Positions 32,909 to 44,295 of a stretch of DNA of 64,000 nt are shown in pieces. The stretch comes from Prasinococcaceae sp. CCMP 1430. Lineage: Eukaryota > Plantae > Prasinodermophyta. Within the stretch, counting starts at the first letter, position 1; every line of letters begins with the position of its first letter. Under the pieces are notes generated by a model. The model was not told where the DNA came from. It ran no database searches and worked only from the letters and a program-made list of their open reading frames with translations. The stretch covers positions 28,648 through 92,647 of the forward strand of contig RQSC01000009.1 of the NCBI GenBank assembly GCA_013416795.1, read 5' to 3'. Both the position numbers and the translations under genes were made by a program.

Positions 32909-33883
32909 CTAGCCGCGGGCCTTCTCTTGGATTGGGGACACGGGCGCTTCCGTGTCTGTGGCCGCCTCAGCGAGGCCGGCATTTCTACGCGCCGCGCGCC
33001 GCATGGCCTTTTCTGCATCACGACGCGCGCGCTCGAGCTCGCGCAGCGCCTTCCGCTCCTCGCGCTCCTGGCGTTTGGCCTCAGCCTGCAGCTCACGCTC
33101 ATACTCGAGCCGCTCTGCCTCGGCCTCGGCCTCCGCCTCGGCCTGCGTGATGCGCGTGCCCGATGGTGGATTGTACAGCGACGAGCCGCTGCGTCAGTAC
33201 GCGCAGCTCCCTGCGTACGCTCTCGGGCTGCGAGCGTGCAACACACGCGCGCGTGCGACCTCACCTTTGTGATCATGCGCGGCAGCGTGAGCACCATTCC
33301 CGGCGAGAGAATCTCCACGTCGGCGATGTGCCCGCGGTTGAGCTCGCGCACGCGGTTGATGTTCTCCTCGGTGTAGTCACCGACGTACTTGCACACGATG
33401 TCACCGAGCGTGTCGCCGCTGCCGATGACGAGCTCGATCGAGCCGGACTCGACCTGCAATCCACCCCGCCAATCCGCGCACGTGTGCGCACGCGCACCAA
33501 TCACCGCTCGCCTCGGTCAGCACAGCGCCGCGCGACCCACGCTCGTGCAAGCGCAGCTGTGTCACGCGCGCGCGTACTCGCACGGACCTTTTCCGCACGC
33601 GTGGGAGGCAGCTTTGCGCCCAGCCTCTGCCCGGGCCTCACGCGCGCGCGCTTGGGCGACCACAGCGCCGCGCCGATGGAAGCAAACAAGCCGCCGCCAT
33701 TGCGCATCGCCCACGCAGTACCGGCGCTGCCCAGCACGACGCCAACAGCAATGCCTGTGACCGCTCGCGCGTGGGGCCAGCGCAGTCACCAGCGCGTGTC
33801 AGCCGTCCTCAGTACGCACGCGTCGCGAGCGGGCGCGCGAGTGCGACCACGCCACTCCACCCTCCCCCGCGCGCCACCATCAT
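32909..33883 (-). CDS. Single-TM LysM-domain protein with a C-terminal coiled coil; exons 33883-33820, 33754-33588, 33453-33265, 33142-32909; ~217 aa
   Basis: LysM-like LVIGSGDTLGDIVCKY...NRVRELNRGHIADVEILSPGMVLTLP; hydrophobic IAVGVVLGSAGTAWAM; Glu/Arg-rich tail. Intron phases are consistent; the last acceptor is uncertain. Confidence 0.7.
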
Positions 33884-34875
33884 CGCCCCCCCGTGCGCAC
33901 GCACGCACCTGCGAGCGCGGCCGTGCGCACGCGGCGGCGCTGCGCGTCCTTGTCGTCTCCGGCGGGCCACGCGGCGCGCGCGGCACAAGCTCAGCAGCGC
34001 GTCGGCGGGCCACTCAGAGAACCAGTCGATGGTGCAGCAATTCGCCGGCAGCTGGCCCATTTCGCCGTGAGCGCTCCGCGAAACTCGCCACCGAAACGCA
34101 CCCGGCGCCGTCCCAAACCCGCGCGCTGCGCAGCTGCGGCCGGTCGCGCGAGGGCTCATCCGCGCGCCTGCAAAAAAAAAATCAATCCCAATCTAAATCT
34201 TCTCACTCTCACCCTGCATGCAGCAGAGGTCCGCCCGGACCAGCATCGCTCGCCTCGCCAGGCCAATCCACGCCCCGCCCAAATGGGCTCCAGCGCGCGC
34301 CGCGCGCCGGCCGCGCGCGTCGGTTCGCCCTGGCTGCTCATCGGGACTTTCCTGGCTGCACACAAACCAAACCAAACCAACCGAACCTCAGTCAAGTCAG
34401 AAAAAAAAAGCGCTCCCGCGATCGAAATTCGAATCGGTTGGTTGGCGGGCGCGCGCGCGCGCGCCCCGGGCCGCTTCGCCCTCAGCGTGTGCCTTTTCTG
34501 TGATGTGTTTTGATGTGTAGAGTTGTCTCCCGTGGGCGAAATGTTCGGATGCTTTTTGATGGTGGAGGTGTGTGTGTGGTGCGTGGCCGGCGGCGGGCGC
34601 GGCGAGAGCCAGAGCGCGCGCGCGGGGCGCGCGCGGCGCGCGCATGCGCCTGGACCGCGCGACGTTGTGGCCCCCCCGGGCCCTACGCGCGCGCCGCCCG
34701 CGCGCGCGCGCGCGCAAAGGCAAAGGCACCCTCCGAAATCGCGCCCACAAAAAGCGCGCACGCATTGACGAAGCGATCGAAAACACCCCCCGAAACAAAC
34801 ACCGGCGAATGATCCGTCGATCGGCCCACGTACCACCCACGGATCGACCGACCTTGCGCGCGCGCGCCCGAACAA

Positions 34876-34898
34876 TGATTGATTGATTGATTGATTGA
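34876..34898. repeat. (TGAT)n microsatellite
   Basis: Five full TGAT units plus TGA, read directly. Confidence 0.9.
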
Positions 34899-35229
34899 GG
34901 GCGGGCCGCCACTCGCCAGCCAGCAGTCTCAGCCTGTGTCTTTGTTGTGGATCCGATCTCTGCCTGGTTGCCAGCCAGCTTCTTTTTTTCCCGGCGCCCA
35001 CACGTTGGGATTGGAAACGGCGCGCGCGCGGGGCGCTGGGCGCGGTCCCGCGCACGCGGACGCGCAAACGCTCGCGCGGCGCCGACCTTGTGGGCGAGCT
35101 CGTCCCACGGATGGGAGCTCGCGTGCCGGGGTCGAGCGTCGCGCGGTGCCACGCGCGCAGCGCTGACCCGCCGCGCCCTAAATCGCATGCGCTGGGTGGC
35201 CGCGCACCCCCTCTCCCCAAACCCCGTCC

Positions 35230-36888
35230 TTGGGCTGCGCTCCGACAGCAGATGTTGGCCGCCGCGTGATTGTGGTGACGGGTCCGACGGCGTCAGGCAA
35301 GACAGCGCTCTCGGTGGAGCTTGCGCGGCGCCTCGGCGGCGAGATCGTCTCTGCCGACAGCGTGCAGGTGTACGAGCGGCTTGATGTCGGCAGCGCCAAA
35401 GCGACCGCCGAGGAGCGCGGCGGCGTCCCTCACTGGCTGCTCGACGTGCGCTCTCCACTCGGCGAGGATTTCTCTGCGGGCGAGTTCTTCGATGAGGCGC
35501 GAGCGGCCACGCGCGACATCCTCGACCGGGGCAAGCCCGTCATCGTCGCGGGCGGGACGGGCATGTACTTGCGATGGTAAGTGCGGAAGGGCGCGGAGTG
35601 CGTGCGCTCCTCGGCGCCGCTGCGAGCTCGTGCGCGACGGCGCCGGCTCCAACCCTCTGGTCTTACCTCGGCGTCCCTAGAAATGACAGTGGGGGCATCG
35701 TTTTAAAACGGAGGCACATCACAGTCCCTACCCTGCGGAAACGCCGGCGGGCGGGCGGCGTTCTATTCCTCTGCATGCCCAACCATCACGGCATGCCGAC
35801 GAGTCGCTGCACACATGCGTGTGCGCACGGCGCCACGCCCTGCGCACGCGATGGACCGAACGCGCGTGTGCGCGGGCGACGTACGCGAGTCTGACGCCCG
35901 TGGCGCGCACCGCCCCAGGTACCTCCACGGCAAGCCAGCGACCCCCCAGAGCACCCCCGAGACAGCCGCGGCCGCGCGCGATGCCATCGCGGCCGCGTGC
36001 GCTTCCGCAGGCGCGGATGCCGACGAGGAGGCCAAGTGGGACGCAGCGGTGGCCGCGTTGTGCCGTGCGGGCGATGCCACAAGCGGCGCTCGGCTCGCGC
36101 GCAACGACTACTACCGGCTGAGTCGCGCAATGGAGATCGTGATGGCTACGGGCGGCGTGCCCAAGGGTGACTTCCGCGCGCCCGACAAGTTGAGCGCGGG
36201 CAACGCCCTGCCCGCTGGCGACAGCCACGCATCGGATGGTATGGTGAACGCCTCTGCAGCGCTGGCAGCCGCCCTGGACTGCGAGGTGCACTCGTTTGCA
36301 GTGAGCGTGCGCCCGCGGCAGGAGCTCTACCGCGGCATCGACGCCCGCGTGGAGGACATGGTGTCCGGCGGTCTGCTCGAGGAGGCTGCGTGGCTGCTCG
36401 ACGCAGGCGCAACGGCCGGATCGTGCTGCGGGGCTCGCGCGATCGGGTACAAGGAGGCGATCGAGCTGCTCGATTCGTCTGGCCCCGAGTCCGGCGAAGA
36501 CGCCGGTGTCACTGCCGATCGCGTGCGTGCGTGCGTGACAGACATCCAGCGCGCGACGCGCAACTTCGCTAAGCGCCAGCTCACGTGGTTGCGCAACGAT
36601 GCCACCTTCGAGTGGCTCGACGCAGCCACGGGCACGGCGGCAATGGCCGATGCAATCGAGGCGCGTGTCTTGCACGGCAAGCCCCTCTATGGCGATGAGG
36701 GTTCTGACGCGAGCGGGGACGTTTGGAATGGAGCACTCACCAAGGAGGAGGAGCGCGCCATGCGGCGGTACACGGGCGAGCTGTCGGCTTTCGCCGAGGG
36801 CAGTGGGAAGGCCGAAGCCGCCGCGCGCTGGGTTGACGAGTGGGCGCGTGGGAGAGCCGCGCGCGAGCGCGTGGCGGCACACGAATGA
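35230..36888 (+). CDS. miaA: tRNA dimethylallyltransferase (tRNA-IPT); exons ~35230-35576 and 35919-36888; 5' end unresolved
   Basis: VIVVTGPTASGKT, EIVSADSVQVY, DVGSAK, VPHWLLD, AGGTGMYLRW spliced (GTAAGT...CCAG) to YLHG, NDYYRLSRAMEI, RAIGYKE, TRNFAKRQLTWLR. Confidence 0.93.
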
Positions 36889-37255
36889 GGCGCGTGCCCG
36901 CGACTGTTGTATCATATGTTTTTGTCTTCCTTCGGCGTGTCCCTCTGCCTCGCGCGGGGCTGCCGCCCTGGATGGCTCTGCCCTGTACACAGGCTGCTGC
37001 GGCAGCGAAACCAGCAACGCCGGAGCCGCCGATCTGTTTCCGAACCCAAATCCACGACTGCCACGCCCGAGCCACATGCCCGACCCACTGCGCGCGCCTC
37101 GCGCCCTCGCGCTCGCCCCCTCCCCCGTCCGCGAGCGGCGCCTGAGCCCCGGCCCTTGCCAGCGGAGACACCCGCGCGCCGCTCCCGCGCGCGGGCGCGC
37201 GCGCGACGCGCGCGCGCCCGCGCGGGCACCGCGCCCGCGCCGCCCCCGACGTGCG

Positions 37256-40098
37256 ATGGGGTGGCAGGCGATCGAGCGCGCTGGCGTGCTCGATGACGGG
37301 CGGCCGTGCGAGTACCGATACGACGCGACAGGGCGCGGCGGCTCGGCGCTGCGCGGCCGATGGATGCCGGGAGTCGTGCGCGGCCGCATGGAGGACGGCG
37401 CGTTCGTCATCGAGGTGCGTGCGCTGCGCTGAACGCTCGTGCGATCGTGCGATTCACGGACTCTGTGGACGCCCCTGTTCCGCCCTTCAGCAGGAACGCT
37501 CGCTCTGCGCCGACCCAAGAGAGCTCACGCGCGCTTTGGACACACGCCCCCCACCCCACCCCGCCCCAACACACACACGCAAACTCCCTCCCTCCTCGCT
37601 CTCTTGCAGGGTCGCACGGTCCTCGAGGACCGGCCGGTGGTCGTCGCGCCGTTTCGCGTGCGGCCGGCGCCGCCAGCGGCTGCGCGCACCGGCGCGCAGC
37701 CGCGGCCGCTCGACCAGTACGCGATCGGGGAGGCCGTCGATGTCGCCTCGGGCGGCGCATGGGTAGAGTGCTATGTCGTGAGCTTCGAGTCGACCTCCTG
37801 CCGGGATGCGCGTGCGCGATCGTCGAAACAGGCGAAGGGGCAAGCACCGACTGCCAAGCCAGCGAACGCCCGCGCGCGCACACGCACTCGCATGCGCCGG
37901 GGTCCCTCGTCTGCAGCGGCCGCGGCGTCGACGTCCGTGCCTGCACCGCACGGCACGCTCCATCTGGCGACCCGATGGGGTTCCAAGTCCAAGCCAATGC
38001 AGGCACGCGATGCGCGTTTCGTGCGCGCGTCACTCGAATGGGTGGCAAGCGACTGGGCGGTCGCGCCGCCGAAGGAAGTGCAAGAGGCTGAAGCGGGCGA
38101 CTGCAGCGGCAGCGCCGACTGCGGAGGCAACGAAGGCGCAGGCAGTGGCCCGCGCCGTGCACCGCCGCTGCGCTCGAGCGCGCGCGTCGACGCCTTCTAC
38201 CGTTTTCTTTACGAGCGTCACGCGGCCTGGGAGCGTCGCGCGCGTGGCTTGCCGCCGCCGTGGACAGACGACCCCATCCTGCACTCCTTCCGTTTCTGCA
38301 ACATATTCAGAGAGCTCGACACGGGGACCAAATACTTCGCGCAGGAGGTTGCGCGCCAGCGCGCGCGCGCGAGCGCATCCGGATCCACGCTCCAGCTGGC
38401 CGACCTGGTGTTCATGACGGTGGCTTATCGCCTATTGAATCGCGTGGAGACCTTCGCAGACTCGCCCACGGGCGTGCCCACGCGCGCAGAATGGCCCGCG
38501 CTGCGAAAGTGGCTGCAAGAGGAGTACCGGCGCTCCAAGGGCGCCTCCTCCGCAGCCCAGCGCAAATTTGGGACGGGAGCGCACCAGACCGTGGGCCTGC
38601 CTATCTACGTACGGCACATGAACACCAAGGCTGCCGAGATCGAGGTGCTCTTGCGAGAATGTGGCGAACACGCGAATGGGCATGCGGCAACGTCCGAGGC
38701 GGAAACAGAAGTGTCGGAAGAGGCGGAGACGGGGCTTTCTGAAGAGGCGGAGACGGAGGTGTCAGCTGAGATGGACGCCGGCGCGCAGGTCGGACCGCGA
38801 GGCGCGCAGGCGACGCGACAGCCCCTCTCAACGGAGGGCTGGACTGACGCCCTGCAAACGCTTGCCGGCGTGGGGCCATTCTTCGCGTGGCAGTGCTGCT
38901 GTGACCTGCAAGAGGCCGGCGTGGCGCCACGCGATGCGCTGTACGCCCGCCTGGGCAACGGCGCCTGCGCGGGCCTCCTCTGCGTGTACCCACGCGAGAA
39001 AGAAAACGCGCGCAGTGCTGCTGAGGGTGCCACTGCGCTGCTTCCCGCGCTTTTGAGGTTGCAGGCACAACGCGAGGCGAGCTACGCGCGCATGGGGCTG
39101 GAGGCACCCACATGGGAGGGGCAGGAGCTCGAGGCAAAGGAGATCGAGCACACGCTGTGCGAGTATGCAAAGTATACGCGCATGAGCGCCGCAGGTGATC
39201 ACTCACGCATGCTCAAATACGTGCCGAACGGCATGCCGGCGCCCTTTGGCGAAAGAAAGGGCGACGAGGAGCTCGTCGCGAGGCAGAGAGGCGGTAGCAG
39301 CGACGAGGACGAGGGCTGCACGAAATGTGATGGGCACGACGCCGATGGTAGAAGGGCCAAGGTCAAGGACCAAAGTGCGGCTGATGGACTCGCGGTTGTG
39401 CAGCTCATGGTGGAAACATGCACGCCTATTGCTCTTGCGGCGCGCCTCGCGCAGCTCGCGGGAGACAACGACGGTGAAGAAGGCCTGGACGATGACGTGC
39501 CCCTGCCCGAGGCCGCACGGGAGGTGGTACGTCGGTTGGTCCTGCGCCGCGTGGCCGCCAGTCAGCGCGGGGGTGGAGGTTCGCGGGGCCTCACCCAGTA
39601 CGTTGAGGGGCGCGGGTGCTCGAAGTGCCGCTACTCGCCAGCGGGCTGCATCAATTGCAAGACGCGCGCGCAGGCATACCTTGTCGCATTGGAGGAGATT
39701 CGTGCACGCAACGACGAGCTGAGCGAGGAGGAGCTGCACGCGCGTGCTCACGCGCTCGGCTGGGCACACTCGTTGGGCGGCTGGCTCACTCCTCAAGAGG
39801 CACAGACACCCGCAGGACAGCGCAAGATTCGCAGCGCGCAGGCCAAGGTGCGTGCGTGCACTCGCGCGCGCGCTCCTCTCGTGCGCAGTGGGTGCTGGCT
39901 GCCCGCAGAGGCAGTGAAGGGCCAGAGCGCTGCCAATGTATGCGCGCAGACATGCTAACGCGGAAGCAAATGCGCATGCACCCACGCGCGTGCGCACCGC
40001 AGCACGAGGCGGCCAGACAAAAGCGCGATGCTGGCGTTGAGGTCAAGGCGGAGGCAGGCGAGGATGGCCATGTGAAGAAGCCAAAGCTCAGCACATAG
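37256..40098 (+). CDS. Protein with Tudor/Agenet-like N-terminal repeats, an aGPT-Pplase1 / 5-hmdU DNA kinase helical-type domain and a Cys-rich tail; exons 37256-37414, 37610-39847, 40003-40098; ~830 aa
   Basis: FYRFLYERHAAWERRARGLPPPWTDDPILHSFRFCNIFRELD; YRLLNRVETF; HhH-like LAGVGPFFAWQCCCDL; LGNGACAGL; IEHTLCEYAKY. All three exons join in phase 0 with GT-AG borders and branch points. Confidence 0.8.
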
Positions 40099-40170
40099 CA
40101 CAGCGTGCCTGGGCTGACATAATTGACATTTTGATCAACATAGTGTACAACAGTACGACCCGCGCGCACC

Positions 40171-42543
40171 TCAGGGTGCCTCTCGCTGCGCCTCCCGTTG
40201 CATGTCGCGCGGCGTGTCGCGCGGCGTGGTCCTCGCTGAGAGTGACAATATCGACTCATCCGACGAGGTGCGCGCCATGCCCTTGCGGATGTTCTCCGCG
40301 CGCTGATCTTCGGAGCGCACACCCGAGGCCTCATAGGACACGCGGCAGGCATCCAAAGGGCGCATCTCGGGCGCCATCGCGGGTTGCCACGGACGCACTC
40401 GCCCGATGCGCTTCAAGAAGCTAGGCATGCCCTTCGCGACCTTTCCGGCAGTCGTCAAGGGTGTCACGGGTGCGTTCGGGCTGGCCTCTGTCTTCTCCGT
40501 GCTGCGAACGCTCTGCGCCGTCCCCGGCGCTGGCGTGGCGGATGCCCGTGAGTCTTCGGCGTCATCAGTGGTGGCCGCGCGCCCCGATCCGCTCGCAACC
40601 GCGCCTGTGGGGCCATCTGAATCGCTGCGATAGCTCGTGAATACGTCCATAGCGTCCTGCTTGCGTGCATCCGAGAAGAGTGCGCGCAGGTAGCGCCTGC
40701 TGGCCGTGACGACGTCCACGAGCATGCCGCCCATCGTGCGGCGGCCGTAACGGGTCACGTCTCTCTTGAAGGCCTTCGTGCCCGCGTAGTGTTGCGCGAT
40801 GCGGTCGCCGTGGTCGCTCCACAGGCAGCGAAAGCGCGTCTCAGAGTCGGCATCCAACTTGACACCGCCGCACAAGTCCTCAATCATGGCGAATGCCAGC
40901 GTCTGCTGCGCGACGTTGGTGCGATCGAGCGAGTCCATGCAGTTGACGCGGAACACGCCGTGCTGTATGCGGGTCACCTCGCGCACAGCAGACGTGCTGT
41001 GGTCAAGCTCCCCGCCCCCTCCGTGCGGCGCCCGCACTTCCTCGTACCACCCTATTTCCTCGCGCGCACCACACAGCAACTCCCGTAGCTCCGCAAGGCC
41101 GGCATTGAGCTTGGGGCCCTTGCAGTGCTGGTGGTAATCAAAGTCCACGAGACGCACAGCGTCCTCCTCAGCTTCGGGCGCGCCGACGTTCGCGCTTGAA
41201 GGTGAGCCTGTTGCCGCCCGCATCCCTCCCGCCCGGAGCATCGCCACCTCCCTCTTGTACTTTGCGACGACCTTATCGTAGCCCTCCGCGATGACGCGCT
41301 CGGCAGCGCGACCTTTCTCGCTGATGAGGCTCACCGCGACCAACGGCGTGCCGTATATGGCTGTGAGGCGCGAGAGGTGGAGTGCACCGTAGTCGGCCGA
41401 TCGCTCCACTGGCGCTGTGGCTACGAAGGGTGTGTAGCGCAGCCAGGGTGTCTGCGTCCACACCATCGGAGCGCTGCCGCGTGTCATCACCAGTGAGGCG
41501 AGGCGCTGGCGGCGGTGGGTGCCGTCGCCGCCGCCGTCGGCGTGGGCAATGCTGCGCCGCACCCACACGCGCATCTCAGACTCCACGAAATTGGCGGCGG
41601 AGCCCTTGCCGTCGACGCCGCGCCGGTGGAATCGTGTGCCGGGGCGCGCCGCGCTCGTGCGTGCTAACAGCTCCACGTCGAGTTCCGTGCGCCCGTCGGC
41701 TGATCGCAGCCGCAGCGCGTCTCCAGCGAAGCCCACGATGACGCGCACACACGCCGCGTGCGCCGCGGCAGCAGCGCCCGCGGCTGAGAGCATCGCCGCG
41801 TTCCACACTACCAGCGGGCGCTCGCCGCTCGAGGTCAGGTCTTCGGCGCAGGCGAGCGACCATTTCGCCTCGCGCTCCTTCTGCTGGTGCTGCCGCGGGT
41901 CCCGCGGAGTCACCGGCGCCTTCCCCGCGTCCAGACGGCCGCGCATGACGCGGCGCGTCTGGAGCGCTGATGTGATGTCGGCTTGTCTACTGTACAGCAT
42001 GCCCCGCATCGAGCTCGGTAGCGATCGCAGCATCACAAGCAGCCTCTCTTGGTCCTTGGCGCACACGGCGGGCGACGGGCGCAGCGTCACCGTACAGAGC
42101 TGCGTGACACGCCATACGTGGCCGGCGGAGACGCCGGCCACTCGCCGCGCCTCAGTGGCCAAGACGAGGTGCTCACCCCCAACGATGCGCGCGACGCCGA
42201 GCACGGCCGCACAGTGACACACGATGTGCGGGCTGCCGCGGCCTGCCGCGGCGACCACGGCCTCGCGCGCAGCCGGCGCAGGAAGTGCGCGCGCGGGCGC
42301 GCCCGGGGCAAAGAGCAGCGCGTCATCCTCGCCGGCGTCCGCCTCGGCCGCATCGCGGCGCGCGGCTCGCGCCGATCCTTCCCGCAAGGCCGCGGGCACG
42401 ACGGCAACCACTGCGTCGCCACCCTCCCGCACCGCACGCAGTGCAATCCACCGTGGCCCGTCCTCGACGCTGCCGGTCGCCGAGCTGGCGTCCGCGTCCG
42501 CGCCACCTGGTGCGACGCGTCCGCGCGACAGGCAGCACCGCAT
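40171..42543 (-). CDS. SAC1-family phosphoinositide phosphatase
   Basis: RPGTRFHRRG, ANFVESE, TRGSAPMVW, DFDYH, catalytic FRVNCMDSLDRTNVAQ (CX5R), WSDHGDRIAQHYAGT. Confidence 0.9.
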   Translation of the reverse strand: MRCCLSRGRVAPGGADADASSATGSVEDGPRWIALRAVREGGDAVVAVVPAALREGSARAARRDAAEADAGEDDALLFAPGAPARALPAPAAREAVVAAAGRGSPHIVCHCAAVLGVARIVGGEHLVLATEARRVAGVSAGHVWRVTQLCTVTLRPSPAVCAKDQERLLVMLRSLPSSMRGMLYSRQADITSALQTRRVMRGRLDAGKAPVTPRDPRQHQQKEREAKWSLACAEDLTSSGERPLVVWNAAMLSAAGAAAAAHAACVRVIVGFAGDALRLRSADGRTELDVELLARTSAARPGTRFHRRGVDGKGSAANFVESEMRVWVRRSIAHADGGGDGTHRRQRLASLVMTRGSAPMVWTQTPWLRYTPFVATAPVERSADYGALHLSRLTAIYGTPLVAVSLISEKGRAAERVIAEGYDKVVAKYKREVAMLRAGGMRAATGSPSSANVGAPEAEEDAVRLVDFDYHQHCKGPKLNAGLAELRELLCGAREEIGWYEEVRAPHGGGGELDHSTSAVREVTRIQHGVFRVNCMDSLDRTNVAQQTLAFAMIEDLCGGVKLDADSETRFRCLWSDHGDRIAQHYAGTKAFKRDVTRYGRRTMGGMLVDVVTASRRYLRALFSDARKQDAMDVFTSYRSDSDGPTGAVASGSGRAATTDDAEDSRASATPAPGTAQSVRSTEKTEASPNAPVTPLTTAGKVAKGMPSFLKRIGRVRPWQPAMAPEMRPLDACRVSYEASGVRSEDQRAENIRKGMARTSSDESILSLSARTTPRDTPRDMQREAQREAP

Positions 42544-42614
42544 TCTGCGCGATGCGGCACGGGTGCCCCGCGCCCCCGACGAGAGCCCCGCCGCCGCGCC
42601 GCCCCCGCCGCCCT

Positions 42615-44295
42615 TCCCCCCCCCCCTTCCCCCCCCTTCTCGCCCACCTCGCCTGCAATCTGCGTTTCGACTGAGCGCTGCGCGCGCCCAGTGGCGCCCC
42701 CGCCCGCGGAGGCGGGGGGCGGGGACGCCGGTACCGCCGACGCCGGCGCCCCTGGCTAGGGCCCAGCCAGCGGCGCCGCTGCGGGGCGCGAATCGGATCG
42801 GGGAACCGTCCGTCGTACGGACAGGTTCGAAACGTGTGCGCGCGCGAATGGCGGGAAGGGACGTTCCGGACTTTTTACCTTTACAGTAGTACTACCGTCG
42901 GTACGTACAGTGCTGCGTCACGCACGACACCTCCGCCCTGCTCCATGATCAGTGTCGGGAAAACCTCCAGTCGGCCCTGAGTCGGGCGTGCGGTACCGGA
43001 GGGTCGAGCACGACGATAATGGCAGCGAATGGAAGGGGCTCTGTTCCCCATGCGTCACTCGGTGTCGTCCTTGGCGCACTTTGCGGAGGTGGCAAGGCGG
43101 TCGAGCGTCTGCGCAGTGGCCTTGTACGGAGCTACAGCTGGATACTTCTCCTCAAGCGCTTTCAGGCGCGAGTCGATAGAGATCTGTGTCCGCTCGCGCA
43201 GAGATGGGCACAGTCGGGGCGCAGCCAAGTCTGTCAGCTCGGCGCGTACATACTCGCGCGCGACAGACTCAGAACCGAGAAAAAGCGCTGGCCTCGGGCC
43301 GCTGGCTGGACGTCACGCGCGCGGAGGCCGGCTGCTAGCACTTACGATGCGGTGCATCTCTTCGTGAACATTGTCGTGCGGGCACGGAGCACCCTCGGAC
43401 CCGTTGGTTGCCGCGGGCAGCTCCCCATCAATCTCGTCGCGGATGGCCTGGAGCTGTGCCGCGGCGTTGCTCACGTCGCAGCGGCGGACGCACCCTTCCT
43501 CGGCGCGCGCGAGCAAGCGCTCGATCTCCAAGAGCTTGCGCACCCGCTCGCCCGCGGGCTCGCCCGCGGCCTCGGCCGGTGCCACCGCCGGCACAGCCGC
43601 CATGCGCCTCCCAATTTTTGTGGCGCCCGCCCGCGCACTGTACAGCAGCCCCCCCAAGGCTCCGCTGCGCACCACCTCCTGGCGCCCCCGTCCACGGCGG
43701 CGCTGCGCCGCGCGCGCGCGCGCGCGCTCGGGGCCACGCGGAGGGCGCGCGGTGTGGCGCGGCAGCCACCTCCCGCGGGCAGCGATGCCTCCCTCGCCGC
43801 AGCTCCGCGGGCCGCCTCTGTCAACCCGTTGGAGGACGCCCTGCCCGCACTGCGCAGCACGCGACGGGAGTCGCTTCCCGACGGCGACACAACGTTGTCA
43901 TCAATGTCTAAAAAAATATCAAATGTACCAACGGGAAAGTGCATGCGGCAGCCGCCGAGCGCCTCGCGCGCAGAGTCAGCGCCGCCGCGCTGCAGCTGCG
44001 GGCAGCGTCTCAACCCAAACCTCCCCTCTGTGGATTCGGGAATATCGAATGTATTTGTATTTCAAGTACAGAACCTAAATAGAATAAACCCTATATTTTG
44101 CGGGTGTTGGCGTCCGATGGTCAGGCAGGTCGCCGCAGCGCGCGCGCTGATTTTTAAAAGTCTCCCGTGGTTTAATGTGATATGAGACGGAATATGACAT
44201 ATCGGACGGTCCCAGCGCGCGCGCGCCGCCCCCTCGGCCCCTCGGCGGTTACGCGTGCGGGCGCCGCGGCCACACCGCGCGGTCCTCGCGGGTGT
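42615..44295 (+). repeat. Copy 1 of a ~1.7-kb direct duplication (1681 bp)
   Basis: Matches 45248-46988 wherever compared, at offset 2633, then offset 2693 after a 60-bp indel. Confidence 0.95.
43055..43603 (-). CDS. Small hypothetical helical protein (~128 aa), copy 1; exons 43603-43346 and 43183-43055
   Basis: ATG, strong GTAAGT donor, GCTGAC branch point, CAG acceptor, phase-0 join. MAAVPAVAP...EEMHRI then ISIDSRLKALEEKYP...KDDTE. Confidence 0.6.

Noticed and set aside
35230-40098. tRNA-IPT next to the putative DNA-modifying gene as a shared base-modification cluster
   Set aside because: MiaA is a housekeeping tRNA enzyme; nothing beyond adjacency links them.
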